From Saccharolobus solfataricus (lineage in GTDB: Archaea; Thermoproteota; Thermoprotei_A; Sulfolobales; Sulfolobaceae): 32,000 nucleotides of DNA. Position numbers and translations under genes: made by a program. How positions within the stretch are numbered: position 1 is the first letter of the stretch; every line of letters begins with the position of its first letter. The notes under the pieces were generated by a model. That model saw only the letters and a program-made list of their open reading frames with translations. It searched no databases and was not told where the DNA came from. Shown here piece by piece: positions 7,706 to 15,373 of the stretch. The stretch spans positions 450,001 through 482,000 of the forward strand of contig NZ_LT549890.1 of assembly GCF_900079115.1 (NCBI RefSeq). Reading direction: 5' to 3'.

Positions 7706-7984
7706 ATGCCTTCCTTTTACGTTAATTCTAATTTCTATATAAAAGAGATTAAGGGGAAGTATTATGTTTACTTAATAGAGAAGGATAATGGAAATAAGAG
7801 AAGGCATAATTACGTAGGTCCTTTAGATAAGATCATAGAATCTTATATTGGGGGTGTGGGGGTGTCCCCCATAATCCCAAAGTGCCGCGGCCGGGATTTG
7901 AACCCGGGTCACGGGCTCGAAAGGCCCGCATTCTTTCGGTGCCTGCGCTTGACCGGGCTAAACCACCGCGGCAAGTCCTCATAA
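7706..7984 (+). pseudogene. SSV-type (partitioning) integrase, N-terminal fragment Int(N) reading into the tRNA-Glu gene
   Basis: IKEIKGKYYVYLIEKDNGNKRRHNYVGPLDKIIESYIGG matches the SSV1 integrase N-terminus pattern G.YYVY..E..NG....YVGPL...ESY. From about codon 60 the ORF is antisense to the tRNA at 7883-7972, as expected when the attachment site lies inside the integrase gene. Confidence 0.75.
7883..7972 (-). tRNA. tRNA-Glu(UUC) with about 15-17 extra nucleotides between the D stem and anticodon stem (non-canonical intron)
   Basis: The reverse complement is GCCGCGGTGGTTTAGCCCGGTCAAGCGCAGGCACCGAAAGAATGCGGGCCTTTCGAGCCCGTGACCCGGGTTCAAATCCCGGCCGCGGCA. Acceptor stem is GCCGCGG/CCGCGGC. T arm is CCGGG-TTCAAAT-CCCGG. 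Anticodon arm is CGGGC-CTTTCGA-GCCCG. CCA is not encoded. Confidence 0.75.
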
Positions 7985-8046
7985 AATAAGTAAAGAGTGA
8001 AATTTAAAGTTTTTTGGACATATGGTTTGAATTTATCTCATATTAT

Positions 8047-8135
8047 CGCTGACATTTGTACTTCAGATAATCGAATGTTTAAAACGTTAAATTAAAGCTA
8101 TTTATTTAACACATTTGTAGAGTAGTTCAATTTTC
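8047..8135. repeat. Decayed copy of the tRNA-Met 3' exon plus adjacent element end (putative old attachment-site scar)
   Basis: It aligns without gaps to 22311-22382 at a constant offset of 14264. In the tRNA-derived part 22 of 32 positions match. These are followed by identical AAAACGTTAAATTA, ATTTAACAC and TTTGT blocks, and then AATTTTC after a 1-nt indel. Confidence 0.55.
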
Positions 8136-8266
8136 TTAGATCTTAAGCTCGTTAAGTTTTCTTAAATTCAAACTCAAGCGTTAATTTAAAAGTAAGTTTC
8201 ACGGTGACTTTGATAAAAATTGAATTTACCCACAAAGCACATTTATCCATCTATTTCTTCTCTGTT

Positions 8267-8451
8267 AGTAGTTTTAGGAAATTCCCTTATCATAAAAAGT
8301 CAAAATATTTATCCATGTATTTATAAATATCTTTCATTGTACTTCTTAATATTATAGCTTATCAATAAGCATTTCTCATCTAACTAGGAAAGATTCATTA
8401 TATATTTTTAACGTAACGTAAAAGTGTAACGATTTTCCTATAAATGCTACT
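8267..8451. repeat. IS or MITE terminal segment, copy 1 (solo end)
   Basis: About 185 bp is collinear with 9296-9473. The segment includes the near-identical TATATATTTTTAACGTAACGTAA.AGTG.AA.GATTTTCCTATAAATGCTACT. Confidence 0.6.
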
Positions 8452-8620
8452 CTGTGTTTCACTGACTCCTTATATAAAGCATATTAGTCAGATCTGCGTA
8501 TTACAGATCTGACTGGGGTTGAGGCCGTTGACTCCCTTGGGCTTAGAGCTCGAGAGGGAGCTTGGCCTCCTCCAATTCGGACTGGAAGTTGGGCTTGAGC
8601 CCGAATAAGGGTGAGTATAC

Positions 8621-8839
8621 ATGGAGGCCCCAGTAGCCGGAATAGATGTATCAAAAGATAAATTAGTAGTGTACTTCCAAGGTAAATACTACGAATTTCA
8701 AAATAATAAGCAAGGTCAGTGGTGTTTCACCAATTTTACTCAAAATGATACAATTTTTATGGAAGAGAAAAATATCAGAGCAGAATTAGAAAAATCGGCT
8801 TATTTCAACACAAGAAGCAAAAATTTTCATATTTGTTGA
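8621..8839 (+). pseudogene. IS110-family transposase, N-terminal fragment only
   Basis: MEAPVAGIDVSKDKLVVYF carries the GIDVSK motif, and the ORF decays after about 35 codons. Upstream, 8484-8514 contains an 11-bp-stem hairpin AGTCAGATCTG-cgtatta-CAGATCTGACT. Confidence 0.6.
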
Positions 8840-9295
8840 AGAATCTAACAGAAAACGAGTTTATATATAAAAAGTAATACCATTTGCCTAGTATTATTAA
8901 TGGGAGAGAGTAGGTGGAAGGACGAGATGAACAAGAAAAGGTTAAAGCGAGGGACTCCATAACTCCGTTATGCAAACCATGATATTACCCAAAACGGAGC
9001 TGAAGTCCCTTGCCATAAATTTAGCAACAATCAATATTAACCTTATCTCCCAAGATCTAGACTTGGAAATAGTGAAAGCAGCACCATCCTTGCTAACCGG
9101 AAACAGAGGAAAATACTACTTGAAGGTAGTAAGACAAGGCGAGAAAGTAATTAGTAAAGGTCAGAGAACCTTCAAGTTCTACCCAATCTACAGAGAAGTA
9201 AAGGGAGAGATCAACGTAGTGTAGATGAGACCGGATTAACCGTGGGAGAAAAGGAACAAGAGAAGATAAAAGGACTCATACCATATAACTGGAAT

Positions 9296-9473
9296 AGTAG
9301 TTTAAGGATATTCCCTTACCATAAAATATTTGTTAGTGGGTTAACAATACATCTTTCATTTAACTTCTTAGCTATATTGCGTGTAGATAAAAATTTTTCA
9401 TTTTACTATGAGAGATCTAGTATATATTTTTAACGTAACGTAAGAGTGCAAGGATTTTCCTATAAATGCTACT
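9296..9473. repeat. IS or MITE terminal segment, copy 2
   Basis: It is collinear with 8267-8451. Its last 24 nt, TGCAAGGATTTTCCTATAAATGCT, recur inverted at 14444-14467. Confidence 0.6.
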
Positions 9474-10110
9474 GGAAGAGAAAAGGAATAAAGATGAGAT
9501 CCTTGGACTTCGTATATCCCTTAAGGTTACCCCTCCTAGTGGAGATAGCAGATTTGAGAAGCGACAGTCCATCACAGTTCCTACTTAGGAGCGTGAGGGA
9601 AGTAAGCCAATACATGGAAATAGATTACGTTGTAGCTGACGCCGGATTCTTGAACCTAGACGCCATCAAGGAAATGCCCGTGAAGACCATTGTGAGAGGA
9701 AAGTCAAACTTGAAGAGATCCAAGGAACTATCTAACGTTCCATTAGTTGAGAAGAGATACGAGGTTAAGGACAAGGTTTACGTTGCGTATAGGGTCTTGA
9801 AATTTGAAGGGCTTTATTATTACGATGTGGTTTACGTTAAGGGGAAGCCGAGGCACTTCATCTTCGTGACGAACTTCGAGGGAGATCCTTATGAACTGGC
9901 AGAGCTCTATAGGTTGAAGTGATTGAGGAGAGTTTTAAGGTTAGGAAGGCAAGGATAAGGTATGTTAGGAAGTTGAGTAATAAGATCTTCTTGTTCCTCT
10001 ATTATACGGTTCTGGATTCTGCGTGGAATCTAGTGAACTACCTTCTCTTTAACTTCAAGTCCACGTGTAAGAAGGTTTTGTCCTTCGATTCATTCGTCAA
10101 GCTTCTCTAA
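9446..10110 (+). pseudogene. IS4/IS5-type DDE transposase, C-terminal part, frameshifted and 5'-truncated
   Basis: ORF 9446..9922 ends ...AELYRLK then TGA. ORF 9919..10110 continues IEESFKVRK. Restoring one nucleotide (TG to TGG) recreates the Y-R-x-x-W-x-IE-x-F signature. The coding sequence begins directly at the repeat end at 9473. Confidence 0.65.
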
Positions 10111-10529
10111 CTTTCTCGGTGTTCAGAGGAGACTATGCACGTCGTTTTCACCACGTGAGAAAAATTCAGAATTCTCCTCTTATTATTAGAATTGTACGCT
10201 ATATTTTTTGCAAATTATTTTAACATGTTATGTTTCATAATAATTTTATTGTTTTTCTCTATATCAATCTCTTTTTGAAAGGACTAATATTATATCTTTC
10301 AAATGAAATAATTTGGTGGAACATCACTGCTCTAGATCAATCATTATTAAAATATAATATAACTATTATTTCTAACGAGATATTAAACGAAAAGAGATAG
10401 ATTTTTAAATGTATTTTTCTTCTTATCTTATTGTGGTTTGTGAGAAGTGGGGGTTAAAGTTCGTGATGAGAAAAGTTAAGAACATAGAAGAGCTAGCTGA
10501 CTACATTATAGACGAGTTTTCCAATTATT

Positions 10530-10742
10530 ATGATTTTGAGATTAGTTAAGGAAAAGTTGGACTTGTTAATATCTAATCCGTTCAAGGTTGCCAGGGAAAA
10601 GTTGGGAAAGGATAGGTACGGAAACCTTACGCTCTCAATAGAAGTTACGGGAGATATAAGGATACTCTACAGTGTTGATCCAAAAAACTGCATCGTGTTT
10701 ATTTGGGAGGTTGGGCCTCATAAGAGGGTTTACGGGCCTTAG
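10530..10742 (+). CDS. RelE/ParE-type toxin (type II toxin-antitoxin)
   Basis: 70 aa. ...IRILYSVDPKNCIVFIWEVGPHKRVYGP fits the RelE/ParE C-terminal pattern (Y.v.....i.i..vG.H..vY). A 27-codon ORF at 10466-10549 overlaps its start but is too short to call as an antitoxin. Confidence 0.6.
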   Translation: MILRLVKEKLDLLISNPFKVAREKLGKDRYGNLTLSIEVTGDIRILYSVDPKNCIVFIWEVGPHKRVYGP

Positions 10743-10902
10743 CCTTTTCTTGAGCCTTTTTCATAACCAGTTTCCAGAACTCCTCCAAATCTTCTTTACT
10801 CTCAATAACTAAATAGCCCTCTCCATTCTCGTCCTTGTCTTCAATTCTCATAATTATATGTTTGTCATTAGGTATTAAAAAAGATATGATAATTAGTTTC
10901 AT
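10699..10902 (-). CDS. Small acidic protein of unknown function. A start at the internal Met at 10851 is more likely.
   Basis: MRIEDKDENGEGYLVIESKEDLEEFWKLVMKKAQEKAKA... It is convergent with the RelE-like gene and overlaps that gene's 3' end. Confidence 0.3.
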   Translation of the reverse strand: MKLIIISFLIPNDKHIIMRIEDKDENGEGYLVIESKEDLEEFWKLVMKKAQEKAKARKPSYEAQPPK

Positions 10903-11154
10903 TGAATTTTGAAAAATTGTAAAAGAAAGTAGGATAAGCTAGTGCTTTCAGAAAGTTTATAGCTTTAGGCAAAGGATATATCACTAGATCATAGTCTAAG
11001 AACTTTTCCAAAATACTAGCGCTAGTCGTCATTTTTTGCAGTGAAAAAATTCAGTTAACTCCTCAGTTTACTGAGAAAAACTTTATATCCCTTCTCCTTA
11101 TACTAGAAAAATTATTAAAAATATAGTTTACTTTACAGAAATTCCTTCCTTCTT

Positions 11155-11394
11155 TTAGTTTATAGAATTCTCAATATTAGCTGATAAGGTACAATAAATA
11201 CAAGTAAGAAGTGAGATAACACAACATACATACATAATGCACTGATAAACATAAATTACTATATGTATTTGAATTGAATTAAATATTCCTATCACTAAGC
11301 AAATTTTTAAAACAAGTGTGTGCATTAATATCGCAGCTATAGTCGTGAAAACGCTCAAAATAATGAATGATACAAGAAGATCTTTCTTATTCAT
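11155..11394 (-). CDS. Small hydrophobic Cys-containing protein with 2-3 TM helices, hypothetical
   Basis: 79-aa ORF of low complexity in very AT-rich sequence. It could be spurious. Confidence 0.25.
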   Translation of the reverse strand: MNKKDLLVSFIILSVFTTIAAILMHTLVLKICLVIGIFNSIQIHIVIYVYQCIMYVCCVISLLTCIYCTLSANIENSIN

Positions 11395-11660
11395 ATTTTA
11401 TCTAATTTCTTTAAAAACCCTCTACGATAAACTCTTCAGTTTACGCTAATCCTAATTCTTTTAGGAACCCGCTGCTTATACAATATAATCTAACTTTTCT
11501 ACCCCAGTAGTCTCTGGTCCATTTCCTAGTTATTATATGCTACTTAGCTAACTTGGACAAATATACTAAAGCCGCCCCTTCATCAATTCTTACAGACTCT
11601 TCAATTTCCTTCAATGTGCAGCATCCTCTCCTAAATAACATGAATTTGTAAAGAAATCTT

Positions 11661-11685
11661 GAATCGCCCTAGGATAGGGCGATTC
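11661..11685. repeat. Perfect hairpin with an 11-bp stem and 3-nt loop
   Basis: GAATCGCCCTA-gga-TAGGGCGATTC. Partial echoes are TGAATTGCCCCTAGGATA at about 11831-11848 and TGAATTCGC at about 11812-11820. Confidence 0.5.
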
Positions 11686-11885
11686 TGGTTTCCTTTGCGA
11701 ATTGTGATTTGTAAATAATGTGTTTATAAAAATGTTAATACTGGTAATCGTGCGTCTCTGCTAGCTAGTCACCTTCGTTTAGTTAATTTCGTAGCAATAT
11801 TCGAAATAAAGTGAATTCGCAAAAGAAGCGTGAATTGCCCCTAGGATAATATAAGGCGGAATTTATCTAAGTAAATTGGAAGAAA

Positions 11886-13067
11886 TTATTTTAAAACTCC
11901 GATAAACTCTGCAAATTTTATAGTAAATATTGCTAATATCCCTAGGAAACCGGTGAAATAAAATGAGTATAACGGCGTTATTTGGAACAGCAAACCTACG
12001 ATTGCATTATAAAATACTGAAAATATTCTCACAAAAGTACTAATTAGTGCAACTTGAGTCCCCCGGATTTCAGGCTTAGTAACGCTCTGTGCGACATTAT
12101 AATCCACTATACTTTCCATAGCTACAATTACCGTCCAAGCGTAAAATAATAAGAATAAAATATAAACATTAGTAAAGAGTGGAACTAGGAAAAATATGAC
12201 GGAGTTGGAGAAGATTAAGATTGATAAGTTCTTAAAATTACTACGTTTACTTAAAATAACCGAGAACAGTAACGGTAAGAAAGCCATTATTAATGCGTAT
12301 GATGAATATAACACACCTACAAATGTTAAGGGTAGTAGTAAGTCTTTTACGAAATAGATTGTTACGTAATATGTCTCTAGGCTTAAACCGGAAGAAAGAA
12401 TTGAAACTAACAAATAGAGTAACAATTTCTTGTCTTCTTTAAGGTATTTAAAGCCTAATCTTAGAGATCTTTTCACTTCAACCTTGTTCTCGTCTTTCGG
12501 TAATTCAAGAAACCTTATAATACCGCTGATTCCGAAAAGAACCGCTATTATTGTGAAAAGTAGCGTAGAGACCGAGTGTTGTAACAAGTAGCCCCCTAAC
12601 ATAATCCCTATAGCTGCTAAGATGCTGGTTATGAGGGAGAAAACCCCAAAGGCCTTCCCTGCATTCGTATAATTTAGCATAAATCTATGCGCTCCTAAGG
12701 AATTAACTATTCTTATCACAGATTCAAAAATTACAAGAGAAATTATAAAAAGTAAGGGATTAAGCGTTCCCATCAAGAGGAACAAAGGTACTGCCATTAG
12801 TGCTGATAGAGTGACTGCATTCTTACTACCTATTTTATCAACTATAGCACCTAATGGAATATTAAAAACTACGTAAAGGAAACTGATTATACTGTAAATT
12901 ATACCAATTGTGAAGGTAGTAATGTCGAGGTTAGTCATAATTATAGGAAAATAGTATGTCAACAGTGAGTAAGCAAAGGTAGAAATCCCCAAAGATAATG
13001 AAAAATAGAGCAGTCTCTTATCTGCTACAATGTAATAGATCTCTTTTAGTGTTTGCTTCAGACCCAT
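11886..13067 (-). CDS. Major facilitator superfamily transporter
   Basis: 393 aa with about 12 hydrophobic segments. The loop GAIVDKIGSKN after TM2 resembles MFS motif A. The start lies 18 bp downstream of the radical SAM gene stop. Confidence 0.7.
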   Translation of the reverse strand: MGLKQTLKEIYYIVADKRLLYFSLSLGISTFAYSLLTYYFPIIMTNLDITTFTIGIIYSIISFLYVVFNIPLGAIVDKIGSKNAVTLSALMAVPLFLLMGTLNPLLFIISLVIFESVIRIVNSLGAHRFMLNYTNAGKAFGVFSLITSILAAIGIMLGGYLLQHSVSTLLFTIIAVLFGISGIIRFLELPKDENKVEVKRSLRLGFKYLKEDKKLLLYLLVSILSSGLSLETYYVTIYFVKDLLLPLTFVGVLYSSYALIMAFLPLLFSVILSKRSNFKNLSILIFSNSVIFFLVPLFTNVYILFLLFYAWTVIVAMESIVDYNVAQSVTKPEIRGTQVALISTFVRIFSVFYNAIVGLLFQITPLYSFYFTGFLGILAIFTIKFAEFIGVLK

Positions 13068-13085
13068 AACTAATAGACCTCTTCT

Positions 13086-14171
13086 TTAACTTTTTCCAAT
13101 ATAATCTTTAACTATTTGACATGAAGGGTCTGGAGCAAATAGGTCATTCTTAGTTATATATGCATTAAACCTAAAACCACCTCTACAAAGCTTCTTAACT
13201 TCACAACTCTTACAAGGCTCTCTAAGGAAAGATAGACTTCTTATTTTATTAAGCAAGAGATTGTTAAACCAAATTTCAACTAATGAGTCGTTTTTTATAT
13301 TACCTAGCTTTGATAATGGGATAGATGTCGCCTCGGAACTAGGATAAATGTCACCGTTCGGAGCTATAACTAAACCTACTTCCCCCCAATTTGTAGGGAT
13401 TGGTATCCTAGAATATAAAATGTCAGTATCCACATAATTTTGTATAAAATTCTCCCCATAAATTTCTATGAGTCTCTTTAATTTTTCTTGAATTGTTCTT
13501 TCATCGTTAGGATCTGGTACTATGAACTTTTGGTTTATATAACCATGACCTACCTTTATAACACTATGAATTTCAATCCAATCTAAGTTTGATTTATATG
13601 CAAGTTCCGCAATTTCTTCTAAGAAGTCCAAATAATAACTAGTCAAGACTATATTGCCTCCAACTTCCTTTACTCCAAAATCTTTAAATTTCTTTGCGAT
13701 ATTAATCTTCTTAGCTACTTCGTTCTTGATATGCATTATTGGGGATTGTATATTAAAGACGTATTTATGTGAAGTAAGGTTAATTCTAATCTTTTCTAGA
13801 CCACTTTCTAGCAATTTTGTAATTCTATCATCGGAAATAGGTTCTCCGCTACTTAATAACATGTGCCTTAGTTTTTGTCTTGTAACATATGACAAGATTT
13901 CCTCTAAATCGCTTCTTAACAACGGTTCTCCTCCAGTTATCACAACATCCATGATTCCCTCGTATTTTTCATCTAACCTTTTAATTTGATTAATTACTGA
14001 TATCCACTCACTTAAGTTTAGCTCATTCATTTCTATTACAGATCTAGGTTTTGGAACTTTATCAGCTATATAAAATTTTAGATCTTTAGGTGGATTATGA
14101 CAATAAATGCATTGCTGACTACATTTATAAGTTAATTCTAATTCAATAAAAAAAGGTTTACGATTTATCAA
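13086..14171 (-). CDS. Radical SAM enzyme with a reduced SPASM/twitch-like C-terminal Cys motif
   Basis: It has CSQQCIYC (C-x3-C-x2-C) at residues 17-24, a GGEPLL SAM-binding motif, and a C-terminal PCKSCEVKKLCRGGF...DPSC. The protein has exactly 7 Cys in total. The start is TTG at 14171. Confidence 0.85.
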   Translation of the reverse strand: MINRKPFFIELELTYKCSQQCIYCHNPPKDLKFYIADKVPKPRSVIEMNELNLSEWISVINQIKRLDEKYEGIMDVVITGGEPLLRSDLEEILSYVTRQKLRHMLLSSGEPISDDRITKLLESGLEKIRINLTSHKYVFNIQSPIMHIKNEVAKKINIAKKFKDFGVKEVGGNIVLTSYYLDFLEEIAELAYKSNLDWIEIHSVIKVGHGYINQKFIVPDPNDERTIQEKLKRLIEIYGENFIQNYVDTDILYSRIPIPTNWGEVGLVIAPNGDIYPSSEATSIPLSKLGNIKNDSLVEIWFNNLLLNKIRSLSFLREPCKSCEVKKLCRGGFRFNAYITKNDLFAPDPSCQIVKDYIGKS

Positions 14172-14176
14172 CTATT

Positions 14177-14181
14177 TCACC
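14177..14181 (-). promoter_or_regulatory. Shine-Dalgarno-like GGTGA upstream of the radical SAM start
   Basis: The coding strand reads GTGAGGGTGAaatagTTG. GGTGA is the Sulfolobus anti-16S motif used in front of operon-internal genes. Confidence 0.45.
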
Positions 14182-14208
14182 CTCACTATCTTAGAATATA
14201 TTACAAGA

Positions 14209-14397
14209 TTACCAAGAAACCATGTAGTATGAAGGTGGATGTATTGTATAGTACATCATATATTTTCTTCGTTGCATTGCTATTTCGGTTTCAAACTTTT
14301 TTATAATATATTCTTTACTTACTTCTGTTTCCAATGTTTTCACCCGTATGATATAGATGTTTTGAACAGCTTTTTTTTTAAAACTCTCGATACTCAT
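14209..14397 (-). CDS. Small ORF, candidate precursor peptide with an aromatic-rich C-terminus
   Basis: 62 aa: MSIESFKKKAVQNIYIIRVKTLETEVSKEYIIKKFETEIAMQRRKYMMYYTIHPPSYYMVSW. It is on the same strand as the radical SAM gene and ends 37 bp upstream of its start. Coding status is unproven. Confidence 0.4.
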   Translation of the reverse strand: MSIESFKKKAVQNIYIIRVKTLETEVSKEYIIKKFETEIAMQRRKYMMYYTIHPPSYYMVSW

Positions 14398-14440
14398 GAA
14401 AATTTTTTAATACAATGTAAGTCGGTAATAATCAAAACAA

Positions 14441-15044
14441 AATAGCATTTATAGGAAAATCCTTGCAGTTTAAGGAGACTTTGAAAACTTTTTAAAAAAT
14501 AACCAAACAAAATATCGGATGAATATAAACTCATTATACTTTGTCAGACCTTAAAGGGCAAGATTTATGTTTCATGAGTAATACTAAATTGTATGCCGAA
14601 ATCTAGAATGCACGGTATAACTCTCAATAAGAAACAAGAGGAAGAGAGGAGAATTAGCGTATAAAAGACGTGAAGAACGGTATGAGAATAAAGGACGTGA
14701 TCAAGAAGTATGATGTCTCCTTCTTTACCGTGTGCAAACAGTTGAGGAAAGGTGACTTGAGCGCTAAGCCGAGGAAGGGACCCACGAAACTGAAGGAAGA
14801 GAAAAAGCTCGTTCAAATCTTAGAAAAGAGCCCAAGAGATTTCGGCTTGAACTACGACTTCTGGACCTTGAAGCTCATAGCCTATATACTTGAGAAGTAA
14901 TATGGAATAAAATACAACCCGAGGAGTTTAACTCCAGTCCCCAAGAAGTTGGGCTTCAAGTATAAGAAAGGAAAAAGGACTTACGTGAGAGACGAGAAGA
15001 CAGTAGAAGATGGGTGAAGGAACAAGGGGAGAAGCTTTTATAAC
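14441..15044 (+). mobile_element. IS630/Tc1-type element, left part only (decayed)
   Basis: The terminal sequence AGCATTTATAGGAAAATCCTTGCA at 14444-14467 is the inverted form of the 9447-9470 end. Inside lies a broken HTH transposase N-terminus. Confidence 0.6.
14670..14900 (+). pseudogene. IS630-family transposase, N-terminal HTH fragment
   Basis: ...IKDVIKKYDVSFFTVCKQLRKGDLSAKPRKGPTKLKEEKKLVQILEKSPRDFGLNYDFWTLKLIAYIL fits the IS630 pattern P.KGrP.kl.......P...G.....WT. The upstream (MPKSRMHGITL...) and downstream parts are in other frames. Confidence 0.65.
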
Positions 15045-15248
15045 TTGTCTGGTTGAAAGATCACATGGTTGTCTCACCCGTTAATCCTAACGAATCGCTG
15101 CACTCTTCATTGAGAGATAGGCTCGTACATTTTAAGAGGACTACTAAGGCAGTAAATAGGAGCATTAGTACCATGATGTACTACATAGTCCTAGTCTTGT
15201 CGTAGAGAATGTTAATTCCAGAATTTGTAGGTTAATGACGACACTATC
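15045..15248 (+). mobile_element. Right-end fragment of an IS1-type element
   Basis: It encodes VSHPVNPNESLHSSLRDRLVHFKRTTKAVNRS... and ends in GTTAATGACGACACTATC. It is homologous to the minus-strand 3' part and terminal repeat of the element at 20974-21737. Confidence 0.6.
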
Positions 15249-15373
15249 TCCAGACTGTTGTAACTTCGGTAAAAATATATTATATATAGAGTAAGATCGG
15301 AAAAAACTTAATATAATATGTATGTTCTATATATTTCTCTATATTCTAAATACAGTATCTTTTTAAACATATT

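Noticed and set aside
7883-7972. An alternative reading of the tRNA as tRNA-Ser(CGA) with a canonical 37/38 intron
   Set aside because: The stem CAGGC has no complementary 3' strand and there is no long variable arm. The Glu(UUC) fold pairs cleanly.
7883-7984. The C-terminal third of ORF 7706..7984 (…PKCRGRDLNPGHGLERPAFFRCLRLTGLNHRGKSS) considered as genuine protein-coding sequence
   Set aside because: This part is simply the antisense of the tRNA-Glu gene. Only the first 59 codons or so look integrase-derived.
11040-11095. Short matches to IS sequences: GTGA.AAAAATTCAG....CTCCTC shared with 10155-10182, and TATAAAGTTTTTCTC shared inverted with 7440-7454
   Set aside because: They are probably further IS-end crumbs. 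They are too short to assign to an element or to delimit without a search.
13654-13989. A 111-aa plus-strand ORF
   Set aside because: It is antisense to the radical SAM gene, which has clear motifs. Its sequence has no features.
14239-14445. A 68-aa plus-strand ORF opposite the candidate precursor ORF
   Set aside because: It is a Phe/Cys/Tyr-rich AT-driven translation with no downstream partner. The minus-strand ORF has the operon context. Neither ORF is proven.
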